From positions 3,680,001-3,744,000 of the forward strand of contig OY970325.1 of NCBI GenBank assembly GCA_963717145.1: a DNA stretch of 64,000 nt, given 5' to 3'. Source of the stretch: an uncultured Armatimonadetes bacterium (lineage in GTDB: Bacteria > Armatimonadota > UBA5829 > DTJY01). A program made the translations under genes and the position numbers. Below are positions 48,148 through 57,764 of the stretch, one piece after another (the stretch's first letter is position 1; each line of letters starts with the position of its first letter). The notes beneath the pieces are model-generated. The model saw nothing but the letters and a program-made list of their open reading frames with translations. It did not search any database and was not told where the DNA came from.

Positions 48148-49647
48148 GAAAGAGTTCACGATCGTTGATAGTGAAGTTTGTCAGGCTGGATCGGTCGCGG
48201 GTGTCTGAGGAACGCCCATGAGCATCCGCCGGCATGACTCCATCGCATCTTCACCACGCAAGTGCCAGGTCCCGAATAGACTCATCAGCGCCATGCGGGT
48301 CTCAGATCCCTTGGCCGACCGTGTGCCGCCGCTGATCTTGCGAGCCGTTACCGCAGGCCGGATCGCTCGCTCGGCCGCGTTGTTCTCGCTTGGTACTTCC
48401 GGACATTCTACGAAGACAAACAGCTCCGGCAGGAACCTCTCGATCCGCTGAGCCAGTATCCGCTGGGGAACATCCCGCTTCAGGTATGGCCTGGCGAGCC
48501 GATACAACTCTTCCTCGAATGCGATCCGCTGCTCGTGCCGAGCCTTCGACTCCTCGTTCGAATATCTCTTCGCGCGTCTGTAAACGGCCTTGACCTTGCC
48601 GACCCAGACTGCTACCCCTCTCTTGTCAGGGTTCGCCTCGACGAGCGTTCGCAAGTCCCGCAGGTAGTGCACCCAGCACCGCTGATGCCGCCCCAAGAGC
48701 ACGTTGTAACCGCAGTAGAAGTCGCTTACGACTACACCGCCGTAGTCCTCTCCCAGCACATCCTTTGCGACCTCTCCGCTCCGACTCTTGTCTCGGATGA
48801 AGTAGCGCACGCGTGGCGTCGAGAAGCTCCAGATGTATCCGTTCCTCCCGTCTTCCCGCCAGCCGGTCTCATCCGCGTTCACCGCAGGGCTTCCCCGCAC
48901 CGCATGAAGAAGCTTCTCTACCTCCGACTTCCCCATGGATGCTACCGTATGTAGTATCTTTGTGATCTCTCCGCGCCCGAGATGCAGACCGTAGAGTGAT
49001 TCCAGAAGCTTCTGCACACGCTCGACCGGCATTCTACCGACCGTGTGGAGATAGCTCACCAGGCTCATCAGCCGGATGCCCACCCGGTGTGTCCCGACCA
49101 CCTCTTCGGAGAGGTCGAGCTTCGGCACGTGTATCTTGTGGCAGACTCCGCAGTACCGTCCGATCACCAGGTGCTCGATGATCCTGACCGGCATCACCGG
49201 TATCTCGATCACCTGCCGGCTGTGATGCATCGTGCCGCCGGAGAGCTTCCTGCCGCAGTCGGGACAGGTGTCGAGCGCGTGCTCCACGATCTCCGTGGGG
49301 GTCTCCCTCAAGCGGGCAAACGACTTCTGCCGCTTCTTGCGATCCTTCTTCTTGCGCTCGGGCCGGTTTGCCTTCACAAAGGCAGGTATCGTCCTGCCGC
49401 CGCCACCGAGCTTGGACCGGAGTTCTTCATTCTCCTTCTCAAGCGCTCGGACGCGTTCGGTCAGGGTGTCTACACCTTCACGCAACTCCAGGACGGCCTG
49501 ATGCTGCTCTCGGATCGCCTGGTGCTGCTCCAAGACGATGCCGATCAGTTCTTCTCTTGATAGGTTGCCGAGATCGTTCACAACCTACCATTCGACAGCC
49601 GATCCTGGGGTACCTTCCTCAGATTATCAATGATCGTGAACTCTTAC
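48148..49647 (-). mobile_element. IS66-family insertion sequence (single-ORF, ISBst12-like), 1500 bp
   Basis: TIRs g(a/t)aagagttcacgatc(g/a)ttgata; 8 bp TSD ctacttca at 48140-48147 and 49648-49655. Confidence 0.93.
48181..49581 (-). CDS. IS66-family transposase
   Basis: Coiled coil, CPDCG zinc finger, ADETGW, VVSDFY, QRCWVH..R, NN.AERAIR. Confidence 0.95.
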   Translation of the reverse strand: MNDLGNLSREELIGIVLEQHQAIREQHQAVLELREGVDTLTERVRALEKENEELRSKLGGGGRTIPAFVKANRPERKKKDRKKRQKSFARLRETPTEIVEHALDTCPDCGRKLSGGTMHHSRQVIEIPVMPVRIIEHLVIGRYCGVCHKIHVPKLDLSEEVVGTHRVGIRLMSLVSYLHTVGRMPVERVQKLLESLYGLHLGRGEITKILHTVASMGKSEVEKLLHAVRGSPAVNADETGWREDGRNGYIWSFSTPRVRYFIRDKSRSGEVAKDVLGEDYGGVVVSDFYCGYNVLLGRHQRCWVHYLRDLRTLVEANPDKRGVAVWVGKVKAVYRRAKRYSNEESKARHEQRIAFEEELYRLARPYLKRDVPQRILAQRIERFLPELFVFVECPEVPSENNAAERAIRPAVTARKISGGTRSAKGSETRMALMSLFGTWHLRGEDAMESCRRMLMGVPQTPATDPA

Positions 49648-50700
49648 CTACTTCAACACATCCTCGCCCTTACGGTACTTGGCGAGGAGCTTCCAGTAAT
49701 CCGGATGCTCGTTGCCGAGCCGCCAGATCGAGATCCCCGCGACCCCGAACTCCTGGGCGAGCGCGATCTTGTGCCTCATGCTGTCAGGGTCCTCGTACCA
49801 CACCTCGTGCTTCGTGCCATCGTCAGCCTTGTATGAAAACCAGTGGTATTTCCGCTCATCATCCCACTTGATCTCCGGCTTCACCTCGGCGATCAACTCT
49901 CCGACTGACTTGCTGGTGTGCGACTTAGACCCGCCGTCTTCCTGCCAATCGCGGCCGTAGAATGGGACGCCGAGCACGACTTTCTCCCTGGGAATGACGC
50001 TGGTCGCATATTCCAGTACCCTGCGCACCCATGTGGCCGAGCCGATCGGACCCGGAGGGCCACTGCTCCAGTGCTCGTCATATGCCATCAACATCACCAG
50101 GTCACAGCTCTTACCAAGCGCCACATAGTCGTAAGCGCCCGACCACTCGGCTTCCGGAGCATCGCGTGTCTTGGCCGGGACATCGATCGTGACCGTCAGC
50201 TTCTTAGCATGGAACCTGTCCGCAAGCTCGCTCACGAAGGCGCTGAGATGAGGGCGGTCCTCTTTCGGGATGTTCTCGATGTCTATGTTGATCCCCGGAG
50301 CCTGCCATTTCCCGGTAATATCCAGAAGTTGGTCGATCACCTTCGCGCGCTTGGCCGGATCGATCAGCACCTGGTGGCCGACATCCTTGCTGAACCCGCC
50401 GTTCGTCACCAGCGGAAGGAGCTTGATGCCCTTTTCCTTGGCAAAGGCGACCAGGTAATTGTCCTTCCCGCTCTTGACGTTGCCCTCGGTGTCCGCGATG
50501 GCGACGCGGGTCGGGCAGAGGTGGGTCAGCACTTTGTAGTTCTCATGGATGCAAGGGTACATCGACCGGTCGCTCTTGCCGGGCACCCAGAAGTAGCCGA
50601 TCACGAGGCGCTCGCTGTCCATAGGCTTAGTGTTCCCTCTCGTGAGTATGAAGACCGCCGCAAACAGCACGGCGAGAATCAGGCAGTGTTTTCGTTTCAT
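49648..50700 (-). CDS. GH18 glycoside hydrolase (YaaH/YdhD-like)
   Basis: GINIDIE, AYDY, LMAYDEH, LGVPFYG.DW, ISIWRLG. Confidence 0.9.
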   Translation of the reverse strand: MKRKHCLILAVLFAAVFILTRGNTKPMDSERLVIGYFWVPGKSDRSMYPCIHENYKVLTHLCPTRVAIADTEGNVKSGKDNYLVAFAKEKGIKLLPLVTNGGFSKDVGHQVLIDPAKRAKVIDQLLDITGKWQAPGINIDIENIPKEDRPHLSAFVSELADRFHAKKLTVTIDVPAKTRDAPEAEWSGAYDYVALGKSCDLVMLMAYDEHWSSGPPGPIGSATWVRRVLEYATSVIPREKVVLGVPFYGRDWQEDGGSKSHTSKSVGELIAEVKPEIKWDDERKYHWFSYKADDGTKHEVWYEDPDSMRHKIALAQEFGVAGISIWRLGNEHPDYWKLLAKYRKGEDVLK

Positions 50701-50711
50701 GTCTTCCTTAT

Positions 50712-50776
50712 GTAGTGGCCGTGCCTCCGTGCCGGCCTGACCATGTCGATGGCCGGCACGGAGGCACGGCCACTAC
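50712..50776. repeat. GTAG-type REPIN, family A copy 4
   Basis: Identical 26 bp arms, 13 bp spacer. Confidence 0.9.
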
Positions 50777-50780
50777 ATTG

Positions 50781-52163
50781 TCAGAGTTCGGCAAACACCT
50801 TCCCCGGATTGAGGATGCCTTTGGGGTCGAGGGCCGACTTGATCGCGCGCATCATGCCCATCGTGACCGACCCCATCTCGATCGGCAGGTAGCGCGACTT
50901 CGAGAAGCCGATGCCGTGCTCGCCGGAGACCGTGCCGCCGAGTTCGAGCGCCGCGCAGAAGATCGCATCCACCGCCTTCTCGACCCGCGCCATCTCGGCC
51001 TCATCGCGTTCGTCGGTCAGGATCGTCGGATGGAGGTTTCCATCGCCCGCATGGCCGAATGTGCCGATCAGGAGATGGTACTCCTCGGCGATACGGTTGA
51101 TCTCCCGCACCATATCCGCCAGCTTGCTCCTGGGAACGGTCGCGTCCTCCAGGATCGTCGTCGGCCGGACACGCGCCAATGCTGCGAGAGACGCCCGCCG
51201 TCCTTCCCATATCCGATCGCGCTGGGCTGCGTTCGAGGCGGTCTGGATGTCGGTCGCCTTGTGCCGCTTCAGGACGAGGATGGCGAGGTCCGCCTCCTCC
51301 TCGACCTGCGCCCTCGCGCCATCGACCTCCAGGAGCAGGAGCGCGCCCGCATCGACCGGCAGGCCGAGCTTCTTGTACTCCTCGACTGTGCGAATGGTCA
51401 CGTTGTCCATGATCTCGAGCGTGGCCGGCATGATCCCCGCGCTGATGATGCCCGAGACCGCGCTCGCGGCATCCTCCATCCTATCGAACGAGATCAGCAT
51501 CGAGCGCCTGCTCTTCGGCAGCGGGATGAGCTTGACGACGATCTTCGTGAAGATGCCGAGCGTACCCTCCGAGCCGCATAGCAGGTGAACGAGGTCGTAG
51601 CCCGAGACCGACTTGAGCGTCTGAGCGCCCGCCTTGAACAGCTCCCCGGTGGGGGTGACTCCCTCGATCCGCTTGACGTAGTCGGTCGTGACGCCGTACT
51701 TGATCGCCCGCAGACCGCCCGCGTTCTCGGCGACGTTGCCGCCGATGGTGGAAACCTTCATACTCCCCGGATCGGGCGGGTACATCAGGCCGACCGCCTC
51801 GACCGCCGAATGCAGGTCGGCGGTGATGACGCCGGCCTCGACGGTCGCGAGCAGATTCTCCTTGTCGATGTCGAGGATGCGGTTCATCCGGCCGAGGTCG
51901 ATAACGACCCCGCCTTCGATGGCGACCGATCCGCCGCTCAGACCGGTTCCCGAGCCTCGCGGGACGATCGGCAAGCCATCCTCGTTGGCGAGCCTGACGA
52001 TCGCGGCGACCTGGTCGATATCCGACGGACGAACGACGGCGTCAGGCCGGTGCTCGACGTGCTGGGCGTCGTATCCGTAGCAGATCAGGTCCTCCGTCGC
52101 CGTGAGGACGTTCTGCCTGCCCGCGATCCCTTCGAGTCTGGTGCGAATGGTCTCGTTCCCCAT
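50781..52163 (-). CDS. glcD: FAD-linked oxidase (glycolate/D-lactate oxidase GlcD-like)
   Basis: PRGSGTGLSGG, YPPDPGS, TIGGNVAENAGG, GHAGDGNLHP, SGEHGIG, LNPGK. Confidence 0.9.
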   Translation of the reverse strand: MGNETIRTRLEGIAGRQNVLTATEDLICYGYDAQHVEHRPDAVVRPSDIDQVAAIVRLANEDGLPIVPRGSGTGLSGGSVAIEGGVVIDLGRMNRILDIDKENLLATVEAGVITADLHSAVEAVGLMYPPDPGSMKVSTIGGNVAENAGGLRAIKYGVTTDYVKRIEGVTPTGELFKAGAQTLKSVSGYDLVHLLCGSEGTLGIFTKIVVKLIPLPKSRRSMLISFDRMEDAASAVSGIISAGIMPATLEIMDNVTIRTVEEYKKLGLPVDAGALLLLEVDGARAQVEEEADLAILVLKRHKATDIQTASNAAQRDRIWEGRRASLAALARVRPTTILEDATVPRSKLADMVREINRIAEEYHLLIGTFGHAGDGNLHPTILTDERDEAEMARVEKAVDAIFCAALELGGTVSGEHGIGFSKSRYLPIEMGSVTMGMMRAIKSALDPKGILNPGKVFAEL

Positions 52164-52423
52164 TCCATCTCCCCTACCGTTATTCTGAGCCGCCTGGATG
52201 CGGAGTCTCGCCTGGATGCTGAACCAAGTTCAGCATCCAGGCGGCTCAGCATGACAGATCATTGTGTGGGCAGGAGACAGGCTCCCGCCCGTAGAAGCTA
52301 TTGGTGCCTCATGGTATCAGGTCTCAGGGCCGGCGTCAACGAAAACTCAGCCTTGGAACTGGTTCCGGCGGGTAGAAACATCCTGCATATCGAAGTGATC
52401 ACGCATCGAGGAGGATGACAGAA

Positions 52424-52780
52424 ATGGAACAGCCCGTACAACCGACTCCGGAAGAGAAAGACGTGCGCGATGCCCGTACCTGGGCGGCGCTCGCGCATAT
52501 CGGCGGCTTGGTCACGTCGTTCATCGGCCCCCTGATCATCTGGGCGGTCTACAAGGACCGGTACGCGTTCGTCAGCGATCAGGCGAAGGAGGCGATGAAC
52601 TTCCAGATCAGCATCATGATCTACTTGATCGCCTCGTCCATACTCGCCATTCTCCTTGTAGGAGTAATCGGCTGGGTGATCATCCCGATCCTGGACTTCA
52701 TCTTCGTGATCATGGCGGCGGTCAATGCCAGCAATGGAACGGCCTATCGCTACCCGATCACAATCCGCCTGATACAGTAA
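52424..52780 (+). CDS. DUF4870 (Tic20-like) membrane protein
   Basis: WA.LAH, GPLIIW, QAKEA.NFQ, YRYP. Confidence 0.88.
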   Translation: MEQPVQPTPEEKDVRDARTWAALAHIGGLVTSFIGPLIIWAVYKDRYAFVSDQAKEAMNFQISIMIYLIASSILAILLVGVIGWVIIPILDFIFVIMAAVNASNGTAYRYPITIRLIQ

Positions 52781-52822
52781 GGCAGACCACCGAGGGCTGT
52801 CATTCTGAGCATATTACTGGAC

Positions 52823-52937
52823 ACCGTCAGTCCTGAGTGCGCCGGTGAATGACGGCGTGTATCGAAGGACGGCCTTGCTGCAGGGAACCGTCCTTCGTTA
52901 CACGCCGTCATTCACCGGCGCACTCAGGACTGACGGT
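52823..52937. repeat. Long-hairpin element, copy 2
   Basis: Same as 39528-39639 with compensated substitutions. Confidence 0.9.
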
Positions 52938-52969
52938 AGTTACGTGGCAGACTCATCCTGGAGGCACGC

Positions 52970-54541
52970 ATGACTTCCATCACTTGCTACGACGGCGTCG
53001 GATGCATCGGCGGCAACAAGATCCTGCTGGAGGACGGCGGGGTCAAGCTCTGGCTCGACTTCGGGCTGAACTTCAGCACGATGGGCCGATTCTATGAGGA
53101 GTTCGTGAAGCCCAGAGCGTGCCTCGGGCTCTACGAGCCGATCCAGATGGGACTGCTCCCTCCGATCCTCGACCTCTACCGCGCGGATCAACTCTGCGGG
53201 TTGGCGAATCCCTGGCACGGCATGCCCGGCCGCAAGCTTGGTGAGGTCGCCGGGATACTGCTGTCCCACGCGCACATGGACCACGTCGGCGCGCTGCACT
53301 ACGTCCGGGAGGACATCCCGATCTACGCCTCCGCCGTGACGCTGGCGATGATGAAAGCCACTCAGGATACCGGCGCGAGCGGGACCGATCATTACTGCTA
53401 CACGACGCCCTACGAAGAGTGCGAGACCGGCGAATTGAAGTCGGCATATTATGGCAAGAACCCGTCCGTGTCGCGCCAGTTCGTCTTTGTGGACGAGACG
53501 CCGAGCGACCCGTTCAACGAGTTCTGGAATGCGACTCCCAGCAGCATGACCGAGAGGGGCCGCAGGCATGAGGCGCTCCCGATCGCCTGTTCATCGTACA
53601 TCGGCGGGCTGAACCTCCGACGCTGGCCGGTCGATCATTCGGTCTACGGCGCGTGTGCCTGGGCGATCGAGACGACCGCGGGATGGGTCGTCTACAGCGG
53701 CGACATCCGATGTCACGGGGGCAATGCAGACCTGACCTGGAAGTTCGCCCAGGAAGCCGCCGAACTGAAGCCGATCGCGCTCATCATCGAAGGGACAAGG
53801 ATCGAATCCGACAGCACATCCACGGAGGAGGAGGTCCGCGACCGCGCGCTCGAGGTCGTCAGGGGCGCGCAAGGTCTCGTGGTCGCCGACTTCGGCCCTC
53901 GGAACGTCGAGCGCCTCGCGTCGTTCCTCGAGATCGCCAGGGAGACCGGACGCAAGCTCGTCCTGCTGCCGAAGGACGTGTATCTCTTGGAGAAGATGGC
54001 GCTCGCGGGCGGTGATGTGCCGTCGCTCGACGATCCCGCGATCCTCGTGTATTCGAAGTACGAGGCGTCGGACAAGAACTGGAAGAAGATGCTCAGGGGC
54101 GCATACGAGTCCCGTATGGTCACCGCGGCTCAGGTGTCGGGCAGCCAGGACAAGCTCATCTGCTGCTTCAGCTTCTTCGACGTGAACGAACTCGCGTACA
54201 TTCGCCCCGTGCCCGGCTCGATCTGGCTGTTCTCCTCATGCGAGGCGTTCAGCGAGGAAATGGCCATAGATTTCGAGCGCCTGGGCCACTGGATCGAGAA
54301 GTACGAGATGGCATTCCCAGGCGATCCGCGCCCGAAGCAGATCGGCGGCAAGCTCGTGGTCGAGAAGAACCCATTCCACGTCTCGGGCCACGCCTGCCGG
54401 GAGGATCTGCTCAAAGTGATCGAGATCATCGGCGCGCAGGTGGTCATCCCCATCCACACGGACAAGCCGGACGAGTACGCCAAAGCGCTCTCAGGCCGCA
54501 AGTTCATCCTCCCTGAGCGCGGCATCCCGATCGAACTGTAG
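52970..54541 (+). CDS. MBL-fold beta-CASP ribonuclease (RNase J-like)
   Basis: IGGNKIL, DFG, SHAHMDH, VDHS, YSGD.R.HG, HVSGHA, IPIHT. Confidence 0.85.
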   Translation: MTSITCYDGVGCIGGNKILLEDGGVKLWLDFGLNFSTMGRFYEEFVKPRACLGLYEPIQMGLLPPILDLYRADQLCGLANPWHGMPGRKLGEVAGILLSHAHMDHVGALHYVREDIPIYASAVTLAMMKATQDTGASGTDHYCYTTPYEECETGELKSAYYGKNPSVSRQFVFVDETPSDPFNEFWNATPSSMTERGRRHEALPIACSSYIGGLNLRRWPVDHSVYGACAWAIETTAGWVVYSGDIRCHGGNADLTWKFAQEAAELKPIALIIEGTRIESDSTSTEEEVRDRALEVVRGAQGLVVADFGPRNVERLASFLEIARETGRKLVLLPKDVYLLEKMALAGGDVPSLDDPAILVYSKYEASDKNWKKMLRGAYESRMVTAAQVSGSQDKLICCFSFFDVNELAYIRPVPGSIWLFSSCEAFSEEMAIDFERLGHWIEKYEMAFPGDPRPKQIGGKLVVEKNPFHVSGHACREDLLKVIEIIGAQVVIPIHTDKPDEYAKALSGRKFILPERGIPIEL

Positions 54542-54653
54542 GGGCGAAGGAAAGGGCGGGAGCAGAGGCTCCCGCCCGGTGGAAGGGAGGATTCAGTATC
54601 CTATGAAGCACACTCTGTATTACGCATCGGCGCCCGGATTTGTTACCGGGAAA

Positions 54654-55316
54654 TCAGTATCGGATCGCGAGAATCTTGTACGCGGCGAGGATGCTGAATG
54701 AGTCGAACTTGAATCCGGCGAACCTGTCCATGATCTCGTACCGGCCCTCGATTGAGAGTCGCTGGTCGTATATCAGTCCCAGGCAGACATTCGCGGTGAA
54801 TCCCCATCCGCTGTCACTGACACCCACACTCGGAGCTTCCACCCTGCCGAAGAATGCGCCGGCGTTGATCGACGCATAGGTCTGCATCTTGGTCTCCTGC
54901 CCGAACCCCTGAAGTACTCCGATGGTCAGCGGTACCAGTACCGCCTGATCGTCGTTCTTCCAGAGCGAATAGAAACTCACATCGTAGTTGAATCTCAGCC
55001 GCCTCGGGGTTTCCCTGAGTATCGGTTGGAGGCCGACCCGGAGCTTGGTGCCGCCGAATACGTCCGTCACGTCTGAGTTGATCGGCGTGTATGAGCCGAC
55101 TCCGAGCCCAAAGAGGTGAGGTTGTCGGCGGGGCTGCTCCTCGGAGAGAGTCAACTCGGCCGTGACCGCAGCGGGATCGGCGACCTGGACGGCATCTGCT
55201 GACGGCGGTGGAACAACGAGAATGGGACCGGTATCAGTTGCTGTTGTCGCGGAGAAGGCGGCTCCCGCTGCCAACACGGCGATCAGCAGTACCAGGACGA
55301 ATTGCGGCTTTATCAT
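54654..55316 (-). CDS. Exported protein, probable outer-membrane beta-barrel
   Basis: Signal peptide, alternating beta-strand pattern, aromatic C-terminus. Confidence 0.65.
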   Translation of the reverse strand: MIKPQFVLVLLIAVLAAGAAFSATTATDTGPILVVPPPSADAVQVADPAAVTAELTLSEEQPRRQPHLFGLGVGSYTPINSDVTDVFGGTKLRVGLQPILRETPRRLRFNYDVSFYSLWKNDDQAVLVPLTIGVLQGFGQETKMQTYASINAGAFFGRVEAPSVGVSDSGWGFTANVCLGLIYDQRLSIEGRYEIMDRFAGFKFDSFSILAAYKILAIRY

Positions 55317-55464
55317 CGAACGACCTCCCAGATATGCGCTAACCATGCACACAGTTTACCTGCTGCACTCCCAAAGATCAAGCACAAGGGATGACAGCGC
55401 TATCTTGCTAATAAAAGAATCGGTTGTACGGACTGCGGACTTTAGCGGGTGTCGGTCTGCAATC

Positions 55465-55920
55465 TCAGTCCGACTTCTTGCCTGTCATGCCGGTGATGCC
55501 CACCCGGATGACGGTGGTCTTGCTCAGCATCTCCTCCGAGTAGCCGCCGGACTCTCCGCCATAGTGGAGCACGAGGGCGTCGAGTCCTCGGAGCACTTCA
55601 TCTCGGTTCTCGACGATGCTCGCCATCCCGAAGGCTATCACACTGCGGTACTTAGTGCCGAAGTTGCAGCCCTTATCGCCCGGAACGGTCTCCATGTCGA
55701 TGTCGAACTCGGCGCAGACATTGGGGTTCCTCCGGATGATGTCGAGCTTCCTGCCCTCGGTCGCACAGTGGAAGTAGAGCCGGTCGCCGTCAAGGCCGAA
55801 CGACATCGGCACGATGTACGGCATATCGCCGTCGCACATGCCAAGCCGGCACACGTCCGACCGCCGGATGATCTCCAGTATCTCATTCCGATCGGTGATC
55901 TCTTTGTCTTTGCGTCTCAT
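55465..55920 (-). CDS. Pyridoxamine 5'-phosphate oxidase-like flavin-binding protein (NimA-like)
   Basis: MRRKDKEI, PYIVP, LYFH.A.EG.K, YRSVI.FG, TGK. Confidence 0.9.
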   Translation of the reverse strand: MRRKDKEITDRNEILEIIRRSDVCRLGMCDGDMPYIVPMSFGLDGDRLYFHCATEGRKLDIIRRNPNVCAEFDIDMETVPGDKGCNFGTKYRSVIAFGMASIVENRDEVLRGLDALVLHYGGESGGYSEEMLSKTTVIRVGITGMTGKKSD

Positions 55921-55929
55921 ATTCGCCCG

Positions 55930-57021
55930 TCACACCGTCGTCTGAAGCCGGCTCTCCCGCTCATGGCGTTCGAGCGCCAGATCGATCAACCGCTCGACCA
56001 GTTCGCCGTATGGTATCCCGCTGGCCTCCCAGAGCTTCGGGTACATGCTGATCTTCGTGAAGCCGGGGATCGTGTTGATCTCGTTGACGAGAGCCTCGCC
56101 GTTCGGTCTGAGGAAGAAATCAACCCGCGCCATGCCCTCGCAGCACAATACCTTGAAGGTCTCGACCGCCAGCGCCTTGATCCGGTCCGCCGTCGCCTGA
56201 TCGAGTTCCGCCGGGATCATCAGCCGCGCGCCCTCCGCGTCGATGTACTTCGCGTTGTAATCGTAGAACTCGTGGGTCGGTATGATCTCGCCCGGCACTG
56301 AGGCGATCGGAGCTTCGTTCCCGAGTACCGCGCACTCGATCTCGCGGCCCTGAATGAACTCTTCGATCAGCACCTTGGTGTCATATCGGAACGCATCGGC
56401 AAGCTTCGGCCCGAACTGCGACTCATCGGCAACCTTGTGGACTCCGACCGACGACCCCGCGTTTGCAGGCTTGATGAAGAGCGGCGCGCCGACTCCCGCC
56501 ACTGCCTCCGAGTAGGCGATCCTGTCACCGGCGCGGACGGTGATCGCCTTCGCGACCGGGAGTCCGGCTTCGCGCAGGAGTCGCTTGGTGACGTCCTTGT
56601 CCATGCCGACCGACGAGCCGAGGACACCCGCGCCGACGAAGGGGATGTTCGCCATCTTGAGCAGCCCTTGGATCGTGCCGTCCTCGCCGTAGGTGCCGTG
56701 GAGAACCGGGAACACGACATCGACCGGCGCGTCGTGGCCGCAGTCGGGGAGGTTCACCAGGGTGCTCTTCTCCTCGCCGGGAACGAGGGCGAGGGAAGTC
56801 TCGGACGCGGAGAGGCTGATCTGCGCGGGGTCGTCGGCATGCTGAAGGTAGCGGTCGGGCTGAAACTGATGCCACCTGCCCGCCTTGTCGATGCCGATCA
56901 GCACGACCTCGAAGCGCTCAGGATTCAGTGCGGACACCACATTTCTCGCCGACTGAAGCGACACCTCGTGCTCCGCCGACCTCCCTCCGAATATCACCCC
57001 GACGCGTGTCTTCCCGCTCAT
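55930..57021 (-). CDS. ddl: D-alanine--D-alanine ligase
   Basis: FGGRSAEHEVSL.SA, LHG.YGEDG, KPA..GSSVG, FYDY.AKY, NEINTIPGFT..SMYP. Confidence 0.96.
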   Translation of the reverse strand: MSGKTRVGVIFGGRSAEHEVSLQSARNVVSALNPERFEVVLIGIDKAGRWHQFQPDRYLQHADDPAQISLSASETSLALVPGEEKSTLVNLPDCGHDAPVDVVFPVLHGTYGEDGTIQGLLKMANIPFVGAGVLGSSVGMDKDVTKRLLREAGLPVAKAITVRAGDRIAYSEAVAGVGAPLFIKPANAGSSVGVHKVADESQFGPKLADAFRYDTKVLIEEFIQGREIECAVLGNEAPIASVPGEIIPTHEFYDYNAKYIDAEGARLMIPAELDQATADRIKALAVETFKVLCCEGMARVDFFLRPNGEALVNEINTIPGFTKISMYPKLWEASGIPYGELVERLIDLALERHERESRLQTTV

Positions 57022-57764
57022 GTCCCGCCCTCCATATGTGTTGCGGCCACCTGCCGCAGGATTTTCTGCTTTGTCTTGGTAGATGCAATGTCCAGCGCCG
57101 TCTTGCCCTCGCTGTTCCTGATGCCGGTGTCCGCTCCTCGCGAAAGCAGGAGCTTCAGCATGTGGCCGTACGGGTCCTCAGGGTTCCCTGCCGCGAGGTG
57201 GAGGGCTGTACAGCCCTCGTTGTCCTGCGCGTCGACATCAGCACCGTGATCGAGCAATACCTCCGCTGCCCGGATCGTGTCGATTGTGATCTCACGATCG
57301 CTGGAGTACCAGGACGCGGCTCTGTGAAGCGGTGTCTCGCCACGGTTGTCCTTGCCGCGGACATCACCACTCCGTGCGATCAAGAGTTCGACGAGTCCCG
57401 CGCGACCAGTCTGAGCGGCCTCATGCAAGGGCGTCATGCCTGCGCTATCCGTGATACTCAGGTCCGCGCCTTGATCGAGCAGGAGCCGGGCCATGTTCGT
57501 GTGGCCGAAGAACGCCGCGTGGTGCAGAGCGGTGTTCAGACACTCGCTTCGGCTGTTGACGTCGGCCCCGTGCTCAAGCAGGTACTTGGCAACCTTTATG
57601 CGGTTTCCGCTCGCAGCCGCATCCAGAGGCGAAAAGCCGTTGCTCTCTCTGGCATTGATGAGTTCCGGATCATCGTCGAGAAGCCGTATGACCTCAGCAA
57701 GCCTGCCTCTCACCGCCGCTTTGTGTAGCGCTGTTCCCCACAGTCCCATCGTGCTACGAGCCAT
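57018..57764 (-). CDS. Ankyrin repeat protein
   Basis: Repeated G.TPLH.AA..G.....LL..GAD. Confidence 0.92.
   Translation of the reverse strand: MARSTMGLWGTALHKAAVRGRLAEVIRLLDDDPELINARESNGFSPLDAAASGNRIKVAKYLLEHGADVNSRSECLNTALHHAAFFGHTNMARLLLDQGADLSITDSAGMTPLHEAAQTGRAGLVELLIARSGDVRGKDNRGETPLHRAASWYSSDREITIDTIRAAEVLLDHGADVDAQDNEGCTALHLAAGNPEDPYGHMLKLLLSRGADTGIRNSEGKTALDIASTKTKQKILRQVAATHMEGGT

Noticed and set aside
4738-50776. Constant repeats with variable spacers as a CRISPR array
   Set aside because: Arms are inverted pairs dispersed over 46 kb, spacers are only 11-13 bp, and no cas genes are present.
44118-52163. glcD-glcF as one operon
   Set aside because: Opposite strands and more than 5 kb apart; partnership is possible but not shown by the sequence.
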